Positions 1-6,943 are shown, counted from the first letter of the stretch. The stretch: 28,907 nucleotides of DNA from Candidatus Saccharimonadota bacterium (GCA_043731125.1 JAYTJL010000038.1:1-28907); one strand, 5' to 3'. Translations and numbers: made by a program. Notes: generated by a model from the sequence alone, not told the origin.

Positions 1-36
1 CGCCTGTTATACTAAACCCAAGTAAACAGAAGCGAT

Positions 37-534
37 ATGAAAAAAGTAAATAAGAAAAACCGCAAACTAATAGTTCAGTTTGTTGAATATATGGTCAGCG
101 GTGGGGTGTACTTTTGGATTGGCTATGGGTTTTTTGCTCTTTTCTGGTCAGTATTAGACTGGAGTCTTTGGTGGGCAACCATCATAAGCAACCTTATTGG
201 CTGGACTGTCAATTTCATACTACAGAGATATTGGGTATTTAAAAACCCGCACTTAAAAGAGAGCATGAGTAAGGTGACCGGACGCTATATATTTATAACT
301 CTGGTCGACTTTATAATGAACTACTATATACTTTACGGCCTAAAACTTATTGGCATATCACCGTACATCGGTCAATTTATATCATCAGCGTTCTTCACGG
401 TTTGGAATTACTTGTGGTACCGCTTCTGGGTATTCCCAGAAAAAATGGCTAAAAAGCCAGCCCATATATCTCCTGCGCGCATTGTGGCGCACCGGGCACA
501 TGGGCGCCACGGCTACCACAAGCATAAGCATTAG
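37..534 (+). CDS. GtrA-like polysaccharide/lipid-carrier flippase family membrane protein with His/Arg-rich C-terminal tail
   Basis: 4 hydrophobic segments; QFVEYMVSGG, NFILQRYWVF and WNYLWYRFWVF match the GtrA repeat pattern; candidate -10 TATACT at 8-13. Confidence 0.8.
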   Translation: MKKVNKKNRKLIVQFVEYMVSGGVYFWIGYGFFALFWSVLDWSLWWATIISNLIGWTVNFILQRYWVFKNPHLKESMSKVTGRYIFITLVDFIMNYYILYGLKLIGISPYIGQFISSAFFTVWNYLWYRFWVFPEKMAKKPAHISPARIVAHRAHGRHGYHKHKH

Positions 535-575
535 CGTACAATATAAGAACAATGAACGAACAAATAAAAACAAAA

Positions 576-628
576 TTACCATTTACCAATTACCATTCAA
601 CAATTATTTACCATTTACCATTAACCAT
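576..628 (+). repeat. Degenerate heptamer tandem repeat (TTACCAT consensus)
   Basis: ttaccat ttaccaa ttaccat tcaacaa ttat ttaccat ttaccat taaccat, read directly. Confidence 0.85.
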
Positions 629-688
629 TTCAGCTCGACTGATAAATGGTGACCGTCGACTGATGACTTCTTTGGCTGGAGGCGAGTG

Positions 689-1171
689 ATGGAAGAACAG
701 CCAAAGACTGTTAGGCCGACTAAAAAGCAGTCAGAATTACTGCGCTTTATTGAAAGTTTTATTACTGCCAACGGCTATAGTCCTAGTTACCGTGAAATCA
801 TGAAAGGGCTAAATTATACGTCTGTTGCCACTGTTAGTTTGCACGTTAACAGCCTAATAAATAGAGGTCACCTTCAAAAAAGAGACCGATCTGCTAGGTC
901 TTTAGAAGTGGTGCATCCGACTGGTCAGCCAGACAAAGGAGTTGTTGCCAAACAGCTAAGGGTCAGCGAAGAAAAATGGCTGGTGGAGAGAGTAGAAATG
1001 TTTTTTGCCGAAATAGAGAAGGCACCGGCAGTTATAGAAAAAGAGCTAGACCAACTATATGTCCTGATAGGTGCTTTAAAAGTATTGGGAGCTCACGGTG
1101 CTGCACATAGTTTTATCGCTCGCCTTAGTGAGTTGAAAAAACGATCAGCCAGCGGTGAGTACTCGGTTTAG
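689..1171 (+). CDS. LexA-type N-terminal DNA-binding (winged HTH) protein lacking the S24 autopeptidase domain
   Basis: PTKKQSELLRFI..NGYSPSYREI..L..TSVATVSLHVNSLINRGHL..RSARSLEV is the LexA DBD pattern; C-terminal half is helical-looking with no Ala-Gly site or Ser/Lys dyad motifs; GGAGG at 678-682 favours ATG 689. Confidence 0.8.
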   Translation: MEEQPKTVRPTKKQSELLRFIESFITANGYSPSYREIMKGLNYTSVATVSLHVNSLINRGHLQKRDRSARSLEVVHPTGQPDKGVVAKQLRVSEEKWLVERVEMFFAEIEKAPAVIEKELDQLYVLIGALKVLGAHGAAHSFIARLSELKKRSASGEYSV

Positions 1172-1213
1172 AACAAGAACTAATAACTTATAACTAATAA
1201 ACTTGGCTAATGG

Positions 1214-1852
1214 CTAGATAATGTGGTCGACGACTTTTGTTATAGCAAAACCAGCGCTGGCAAGTAGTGCTATACCAACGCTGCCAACTACACTGCCAAG
1301 AACAACTAAAGTAATATCTTTGAGGATTATAGAAAGACAAAGAATAACCACACCCATAGCGGGCAGGGTGTCTAGGCCAGAGAAGGGTGGTGATATAAAT
1401 GCGGCAGCAGTGAACACGACAATGACTAGTCCGATAAGTGAAGTAAACGGTTTGGTGTTGATGAGTCCACCTAGTCTTGGTTTTGAAAATTTTTCAAAAA
1501 AGCGGATGAATTTTAACAGTGGCACAATCATTGCTTTTTGGACTTTGTCGCTAATTACTTTTTTACGCCACTTTTGCGGCAGCCAAAGTTTTTCTTTACC
1601 AACTATCATTTGAGCAGCTATAGTAACGGCAATAATTTCAAAAATATGGCTGATGCCGCCAGTAGGGATTGGCAGTGCTGGGAGTGCCATGAATAGCAGG
1701 ATCATAATTGCAAAGCTTCTTGGGCCGAAGACTTCTTCTAAGTCGTTAATAGTCTTCTTGTTTTTGTCTTTTAGCCACGCCTCTAGTTCGTTGCTGAAAA
1801 GTACACTTGCTTCTATTTGTATCGGTCGACGTTTTGATACTGTAGTTGTCAT
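1214..1852 (-). CDS. exoD: Exopolysaccharide biosynthesis protein ExoD family membrane protein
   Basis: RSFAIMILLFMALPALPIPTGG, LWLPQKWR, PPFSGLDTLPAMGV are ExoD-family motifs. Confidence 0.85.
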   Translation of the reverse strand: MTTTVSKRRPIQIEASVLFSNELEAWLKDKNKKTINDLEEVFGPRSFAIMILLFMALPALPIPTGGISHIFEIIAVTIAAQMIVGKEKLWLPQKWRKKVISDKVQKAMIVPLLKFIRFFEKFSKPRLGGLINTKPFTSLIGLVIVVFTAAAFISPPFSGLDTLPAMGVVILCLSIILKDITLVVLGSVVGSVGIALLASAGFAITKVVDHII

Positions 1853-1888
1853 ATAACTACTAGTGTAGCGCAGTTGCCAGGTTTCGGT

Positions 1889-2794
1889 TTACCAATTTGG
1901 CGGAGAACTGGTCGTAATATTAGTCCACGGTCCGGCTGGTACTTCATGGCTTTCTACAAACCTCCAAGTAACGGTTCCAATATCATCAATGCCAAGATAA
2001 TCCATGGCAGCCGGCGACAAGTCTAAGCCAGCATAGTAAGCAGATGAGGCGCTACCAAATACATAGCCATGGTCGTCATCATTGAAAGGACCAACATCTG
2101 CCCATTGTACGTAGGCTGTGCTGCCATTTTTGCTGACTGCTATCCAGTGGTTTTTTAAGATAGAGCTGCCGTCTGGCACGGAACCACTAAACCAAGGAAT
2201 AACGTTCAGGTTTCCTTTCTGGCCAAACTCAGTGTAGTCACCATAAGGCAATGCAGCATAAAATGGATTTTCGTTTGGCGTAAAACCGCAAGGGTTGTAC
2301 CCGCAGCGGTTGGTTGGGTCGTCGACGCCGCCAAAAGCGCCAACCCAATCAGTAGTCCAAGCAGATGAAAAGTTAGCAATGTAGCCGTTGTCAGCAGAAG
2401 CTGCTTCACCAACCCAAAACATTGTAGCGGTAGTGTTGTGCCAGCCAGCGTAGGCAGGAGCTGGCTGAGGAGCAACAGGAGTCGGACTGGCTATTGCTAC
2501 TGGCACCGTAGTACTCGGTAGAGTCGGAGTCTGTTTATAATCCTGTGAGTTTGCTTTTGAAGAATTGGTTTTTCTACTGTTACTGTTAATTTTGCTACTG
2601 CTCATTGAGGCGGATGCCAAATCTGAGTCGTCACTTGCGGTGCTCGATGCTGATTTATAATCTCTGGCTGGTATATTAGCAAAAGCCAGCTGAAACAGTG
2701 GAGATAGGCCGAGTACAGCACAAAGTCCAATAATAACAGGCTTGGCCAGGGGAAGGCCATTTAGTGGGTGATGGAGGTTGATTTGATTTGTCAT
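1889..2794 (-). CDS. Secreted/anchored protein: hydrophobic N-terminus, Ser/Thr/Pro linker, C-terminal double-psi beta-barrel (RlpA/expansin-like) domain
   Basis: N-terminal hydrophobic stretch; low-complexity linker; AYVQWADVGP and GLDLSPAAMDYLG resemble the DPBB D-x-GP and DLS motifs. Confidence 0.55.
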   Translation of the reverse strand: MTNQINLHHPLNGLPLAKPVIIGLCAVLGLSPLFQLAFANIPARDYKSASSTASDDSDLASASMSSSKINSNSRKTNSSKANSQDYKQTPTLPSTTVPVAIASPTPVAPQPAPAYAGWHNTTATMFWVGEAASADNGYIANFSSAWTTDWVGAFGGVDDPTNRCGYNPCGFTPNENPFYAALPYGDYTEFGQKGNLNVIPWFSGSVPDGSSILKNHWIAVSKNGSTAYVQWADVGPFNDDDHGYVFGSASSAYYAGLDLSPAAMDYLGIDDIGTVTWRFVESHEVPAGPWTNITTSSPPNW

Positions 2795-2823
2795 TTTTTT
2801 GTTTTTGCTAACTTAACAAACCT

Positions 2824-2852
2824 AGTATACAGCAGATTAGCTAAAAAGTCAA
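2824..2852 (-). promoter_or_regulatory. Sigma70-type promoter for the DPBB gene
   Basis: Minus strand reads TTGACT-17 nt-TATACT, with TG immediately before the -10. Confidence 0.75.
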
Positions 2853-2950
2853 TATAATATTGTTAATCTATGAATTGTGTTTGCTACTGAATGGATTGGA
2901 AGAATGCGACCGGGGCTGGATAATTAACGGTGAGGTACCAAATATTAGAG

Positions 2951-3718
2951 CTAGCTTCTTAGGCGGTAGCCTTTTTGGAAGAGACGATAATTAACTCCAA
3001 GTAGCACGATTGTGGCTACGGATATTACAGCCAAGGCAATATATGGGTTGGTGTCAGAACTACCAATCATGCCGTATCGCACGGTGTTGATCATATAAAA
3101 TATTGGGTTGAACTGGGTAAGAGTTTTGAATGGTTCACTCAGTAGATTGACCGAATAAAATATGCCACCAAGAAAAATTAACGGCTGAATTATAAATGTT
3201 TGATAAAAACTTAAATTATCAAATGTTTCAGAACGCAGGCCAACCAAAACGCCGATTGATCCAAAGAACAAACCGCAGATAGCCAGGCTGGCAAGCAGTA
3301 GTGCTGGGTGAGCTACTGGGAGGTCAATAAGAAGTGATGCAGTAACAAATGTAACCGTAGCAATAATTGCGCCGCGCAACCAGCCTCCGAGCGTGAAGGC
3401 TGTCATTAGTGCACCATTACTAACTGGCGATGATAACTGATCGTCTATCGAGCGCTGAAATTTTTGTTGTAGCAAGGAGGAGCTATTGTTGGAAAAAGAA
3501 TTCATAGCCATGGACATAAGCAGGAGGCCTGGAATAATGAATACTGTGTAGCTAACGCCTTCAATACTCTGGATGCGAGTTCCTAGGGCGGCACCAAAAA
3601 TGGCGATATATAGGTATGTCTCTAGAAGAGGTCCGAGAATTGTTTGGCGTTTAATAGACCAAAAACGATAAATCTCACGGCGTAATACTGTCCAAAAACC
3701 GAGATAGTTATTTAGCAT
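2951..3718 (-). CDS. ABC-2 type transporter permease (YadH-like)
   Basis: REIYRF..QTILGPLL..YIAIFG, FIIPGLLLMS, PLIFLGGIFYSV..LP/S, NPIFYMINTVRYG; directly follows the ATPase stop. Confidence 0.9.
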   Translation of the reverse strand: MLNNYLGFWTVLRREIYRFWSIKRQTILGPLLETYLYIAIFGAALGTRIQSIEGVSYTVFIIPGLLLMSMAMNSFSNNSSSLLQQKFQRSIDDQLSSPVSNGALMTAFTLGGWLRGAIIATVTFVTASLLIDLPVAHPALLLASLAICGLFFGSIGVLVGLRSETFDNLSFYQTFIIQPLIFLGGIFYSVNLLSEPFKTLTQFNPIFYMINTVRYGMIGSSDTNPYIALAVISVATIVLLGVNYRLFQKGYRLRS

Positions 3719-4489
3719 TTATTTATCCCAGCCTTCACGAGTCAGTTCTTCTCGTCCAACTACTGAAAGGTAAACATCTTCTAACGTTTTTTTCTTAAAT
3801 TTCTTTTTAAGCTCATCAGGGGTGCCTTGGTCTACAATTTTGCCGTGGTTAATAAGGGCGATGTGGTCACACAGTTCTTCGGCCTCTTCTATGTAGTGGG
3901 TGGTGAGAAGAATGCTGGTGCCGGCCTTATTTTCTTTTTGCATATAACGCCAAAGTTCTAGTCTGAGTTCAACATCAACTCCTGCGGTCGGTTCGTCCAA
4001 TATCAAAAGCTTTGGTTGGTGCATCAGTGCTCGAGCTAATATTAGTCGCCGCTTCATGCCGCCTGATAATGTCCTGGTGCTGGTTTTGCGTTTATCTTCT
4101 AAAGAAAAATCTTTCAGCAGTTTATTAATTTGTTTTGTGCGCTCGTTCTTTGGCATTCCATAATAACCACCATGAAAGTCTAGCGTCTCTTCAACCGTTA
4201 AAAACCAGTCTAAATTTGTTTCTTGCGGTGCAAGACCGCACATCGCACGAGCTGCCTGGTAATCATTAACTACGTCGTGTCCAAAAATAGATGCAGTACC
4301 ACTGGTTGGTATTACGAGACCCATAATTGAATGAATCATTGTGGATTTACCGGCACCGTTTGGCCCAAGCAATCCAAGAAACTCACCAGGCCTAATAGTC
4401 AGATCAACACCCTTCAAGGCGTGAGGGCCGGTTTTATACTTTTTCTTTAGATTTTTTACCTCTAGGGCTGGTGGTTGGTCTGTCTTCAT
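3719..4489 (-). CDS. ABC transporter ATP-binding protein (YadG/DrrA-like)
   Basis: Walker A GPNGAGKS, signature LSGGMKRR, Walker B LLILDEPT, H-loop TTHY. Confidence 0.95.
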   Translation of the reverse strand: MKTDQPPALEVKNLKKKYKTGPHALKGVDLTIRPGEFLGLLGPNGAGKSTMIHSIMGLVIPTSGTASIFGHDVVNDYQAARAMCGLAPQETNLDWFLTVEETLDFHGGYYGMPKNERTKQINKLLKDFSLEDKRKTSTRTLSGGMKRRLILARALMHQPKLLILDEPTAGVDVELRLELWRYMQKENKAGTSILLTTHYIEEAEELCDHIALINHGKIVDQGTPDELKKKFKKKTLEDVYLSVVGREELTREGWDK

Positions 4490-4561
4490 GGGGGTTTTTG
4501 TTGGCCTCGCTTCAATACTACCAGATTGTTATTAATAAGATTAGTGCGGTATAATCATAAC

Positions 4562-4879
4562 ATGTCTACCAATAGAAAAGAAACCAGAAAATATGCCGAC
4601 CGTAGGGAGTATTTAAAGTTGGCTGTGGCGCGGCGACGCAAATGTCTAAAGTTAAGAGCAGTTGAATGCTGCGGGGGAAAGTGTCAAATATGTGGCTACA
4701 GCAAACACCCTGCAGTGCTGGACTTTCATCATATTGACCCAGCTTCAAAGAGTTTTGGGATAAGTTCTGGGGGGTATTCTAGGTCTTGGAGCAGCATTGA
4801 AGAAGAGATAAAAAAATGCATTTTAGTGTGCCCAAATTGCCGTAGAGAAATAGAACTAAGGATCATTGATATAAGTTAA
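4562..4879 (+). CDS. Small free-standing HNH-type endonuclease with zinc-finger (105 aa)
   Basis: CQICGY..LDFHH..EEIKKCILVCPNC; ATG 4562 lies 6 nt after TATAAT (4550-4555); the ORF-track start at 4475 overlaps the divergent ABC gene. Confidence 0.75.
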   Translation: MSTNRKETRKYADRREYLKLAVARRRKCLKLRAVECCGGKCQICGYSKHPAVLDFHHIDPASKSFGISSGGYSRSWSSIEEEIKKCILVCPNCRREIELRIIDIS

Positions 4880-4892
4880 GCCGCATAAGCGT

Positions 4893-4922
4893 TTGACGTG
4901 TATCCGTAATTACCCCTATAAT
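4893..4922 (+). promoter_or_regulatory. Sigma70-type promoter driving leader plus tRNA-Asn
   Basis: TTGACG (4893-4898), 18 nt, TATAAT (4917-4922). Confidence 0.75.
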
Positions 4923-5083
4923 CAATCAGTTGTCATGTGCACATTACAATTTGGTTGATATTTCTCTGGCAGTATGGTCAGTCTAGTGCGCTCCTCGGGA
5001 TGAGCAGCCCGACAAAATGTATTCCATTTTGCCGGCGCGACGTGCAAACCCCGAAGGGGTGTCTCATAAGGCGAAGCCGTTAT

Positions 5084-5394
5084 TCCGGGGTAGCTCAGCG
5101 GTAGAGCGGGTGGCTGTCGTTGGCAGCCTATCTCAAGTAATTAGATAGTGAAAACGGGGTGAATTGCAGGAAATCTAAGTCCGCACGTAGTGTCGGATAT
5201 GACAATCTGCAGCCAAGCCGAAGTTAGGTTAATAGACATCGGAAGGTTCAGAGACTAGAGAGTGAGCCTAACAATAATCTCTCAATAGCGCCCTGGTCGC
5301 ACTCAGTGCGATATGAAATAGTCCACACCACTATGAAAATAGAGGGCAAAGTGTAACCACTAGGTCGCTGGTTCGAATCCAGTCCCCGGAGCCA
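5084..5394 (+). tRNA. trnN: tRNA-Asn(GTT) interrupted by a group I intron; exons 5084-5117 and 5354-5394
   Basis: Joined exons fold TCCGGGG/CCCCGGA acceptor, GCTC/GAGC D arm, GGTGG-CTGT^TAA-CCACT anticodon arm, GCTGG-TTCGAAT-CCAGT T arm, discriminator G, encoded CCA. Confidence 0.93.
5118..5353 (+). ncRNA. Self-splicing group I intron (236 nt, no ORF) at tRNA position 35/36; has a P7.1-like insert (subgroup IA-like)
   Basis: P1 GGCTGT/GCAGCC with U5117.G5123 wobble; terminal G5353; P GAATTGCAGGAAA 5161-5173, Q AATCTGCAGCCAAG 5204-5217, R GTTCAGAGACTAG 5246-5258, S GAAATAGTCC 5315-5324; P3 CGGGGTG/CGCCCTG; P8 TCGCAC/GTGCGA; P9 CTAT-GAAA-ATAG. Confidence 0.92.
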
Positions 5395-5395
5395 G

Positions 5396-5418
5396 AGAAA
5401 TATTAATCAATCCAAGCT
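5396..5418 (+). repeat. Direct repeat copy 1 (att-like), immediately after tRNA-Asn CCA
   Basis: AGAAATATTAATCAATCCAAGCT; 22/23 identical to 9617-9639. Confidence 0.85.
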
Positions 5419-5459
5419 GCAATGAAAGAACCGTCTGAAGAGGCGGTTTTTTCATTGCA
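5418..5459 (+). terminator. Long hairpin downstream of tRNA-Asn (probable intrinsic terminator)
   Basis: TGCAATGAAAGAACCGTC pairs with GGCGGTTTTTTCATTGCA using two G-U pairs; the T-run follows the GC core. Confidence 0.7.
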
Positions 5460-5568
5460 CCCCTGCAACCCAGTTCTATCAAAGTCACTCCTGTCCCTTG
5501 TGTGAGCTATTCGAACTAGGGTTACAACTTGGGTTTGTATACTGTAGAAAGTGGTGTTTAATAAGATT

Positions 5569-6228
5569 ATGAATAACAAAAGTACATTTTTAACGACAGC
5601 CAGGGCTACAGGTCTACTTTATCTGGGCTTGGCAATAACCGGGATAATATCTTATGCAGTTATACGAAGCCAGATATTTGTAGATGACAACCCAGCAGAG
5701 ACGTTGAATAATTTAGTAAATAAAGAAATGCTTTCTCGAATCGGTATTGCTGGGGAACTCGCCCTGGTTTTGTTCCAGGCGTTGACTGCACTATGGTTTT
5801 ATAAGCTGTTTAAAAAGATTGATTCTTTTGCAGCTGTTACACTAACAGTTTTTGGAATAATTAATGCAGTGGCGATACTCGTTGCATCTGCATTCTGGCT
5901 GAGCGCTCAAACTACTGCAGGTTTTGGTGGTTCTGCTAATAATGTCTATAACTTGTTTCAAATCCACGACCAGATTTGGGTAGTATCTGCCGTATTTTTT
6001 GGTCTTTGGCTAATTCCAATGGGATATCTTGCAAAAAAGGCTAAAATGCCAAGTGCTCTTGCGGCCTTCTTGATATACGGAGGTATTTTGTATGTATTGT
6101 CGGCTTTTTTAATGGTATTACTACCAGATCAGAGCGACATAACAGATACGATAACAATTCCAGCTACAATTGGTGAGTTCTGGATAATTGGTTACTTGCT
6201 ATTTAAAAAACCAAAAATATCAACGTAG
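5569..6228 (+). CDS. DUF4386-like multi-pass membrane protein
   Basis: TARATGLLYLGLAI, LFYKLFK..D...A, VFFGLWLIPMGYL, IPATIGEFWIIGYLLFK; alternative GTG start at 5551. Confidence 0.75.
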   Translation: MNNKSTFLTTARATGLLYLGLAITGIISYAVIRSQIFVDDNPAETLNNLVNKEMLSRIGIAGELALVLFQALTALWFYKLFKKIDSFAAVTLTVFGIINAVAILVASAFWLSAQTTAGFGGSANNVYNLFQIHDQIWVVSAVFFGLWLIPMGYLAKKAKMPSALAAFLIYGGILYVLSAFLMVLLPDQSDITDTITIPATIGEFWIIGYLLFKKPKIST

Positions 6229-6337
6229 TATAGCTGTGTGTTACCAACTTGAATTAAATTAACTGCTGTTATTGGGTGCGGTTATGTAAACTACCAAAAA
6301 CTAGGAGGCGCTCTAGTCGACTATTGGAAAAACCTGC

Positions 6338-6362
6338 TATAATATGTAAGGTTAACTATACA
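6338..6362 (+). promoter_or_regulatory. Extended -10 (TGcTATAAT) followed by an imperfect 18-bp palindrome (candidate operator)
   Basis: TATAAT 6338-6343; TGTAAGGTTAACTATACA 6345-6362 matches its reverse complement at 14/18. Confidence 0.45.
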
Positions 6363-6366
6363 CTAT

Positions 6367-6591
6367 ATGTTTATAAAAGATAAAGATCACACAGTGGTGA
6401 ACACGGTACGCGAAGCACGTACCACTTTAAAGATGACCCAAGACGACCTAGCTGAGAAGGTTCAAGCTACAAGACAGACAATTATTGCTATAGAAAAGGG
6501 TAATTACGTGCCAAGCGTGCTACTAGCGCTTAGAATTGCCGTTATACTAGACAAGAAGGTGGAGGAAATCTTTAGTTATGAAAAAATATAA
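6367..6591 (+). CDS. XRE-family helix-turn-helix transcriptional regulator
   Basis: MTQDDLAEKVQATRQTIIAIEKGNYVPSVLLALRIA..VEEIF. Confidence 0.92.
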   Translation: MFIKDKDHTVVNTVREARTTLKMTQDDLAEKVQATRQTIIAIEKGNYVPSVLLALRIAVILDKKVEEIFSYEKI

Positions 6592-6943
6592 GCAACTACT
6601 CGATATCATTCTACTTCTGGGTCTAGGGACTATTGCGCTACTAGCAATTGCTCCGAAGACTTTTGTTATGCCTTCCAGCCTGCAGATGTTAATACTAGCC
6701 TGCGTGCTTGGACTCATAGCTACCTTCTTAGTATTACTTTGGCGTGAACAACCAGGCGACGAAAGAGAAATGCACAACCAAGCTATTGCTAGTCGCTCGG
6801 CATATATAGTTGGCTCACTTGTGTTAATTGTCGCGCTTGTGATTCAAAGTCTGAGGCACGAACTTGACGGCTTTATACCGATAGCTCTATTAGCTATGAT
6901 AGCAACAAAAATAATTGTTCAGAGAAGCAAGGACGGTAAGTAA
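6578..6943 (+). CDS. Small membrane protein (DUF2178-like) coupled to the XRE gene
   Basis: 4 hydrophobic segments with a DERE motif (PGDEREMH..ASRSAY); 14-nt overlap with the HTH gene, the typical XRE-membrane pair. Confidence 0.65.
   Translation: MKKYKQLLDIILLLGLGTIALLAIAPKTFVMPSSLQMLILACVLGLIATFLVLLWREQPGDEREMHNQAIASRSAYIVGSLVLIVALVIQSLRHELDGFIPIALLAMIATKIIVQRSKDGK

Noticed and set aside
576-628. Possible CRISPR array here or at 20113-20165
   Set aside because: Units are 7 nt with no unique spacers, and no cas genes are in the window.
350-652. 100-aa plus-strand ORF overlapping the GtrA gene
   Set aside because: Out-of-frame overlap; its C-terminus (ITIYQLPFNNYLPFTINH) is simply translated heptamer repeat.
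4475-4561. N-terminal extension of the HNH ORF
   Set aside because: Overlaps the divergent ABC start and contains the -10 element; ATG 4562 is more plausible.
4930-4949. Rex or CRP box
   Set aside because: Half-sites and spacing (TGTCA-N8-TTACA) match neither TTGTGAA-N4-TTCACAA nor TGTGA-N6-TCACA.
4960-5040. Canonical tRNA or SRP RNA in the leader
   Set aside because: No TTC-containing 7-nt T loop, an 8-nt 'anticodon' loop, a weak D arm and no CCA; the GNRA-capped SRP helix 8 is absent despite an AGCAG string.
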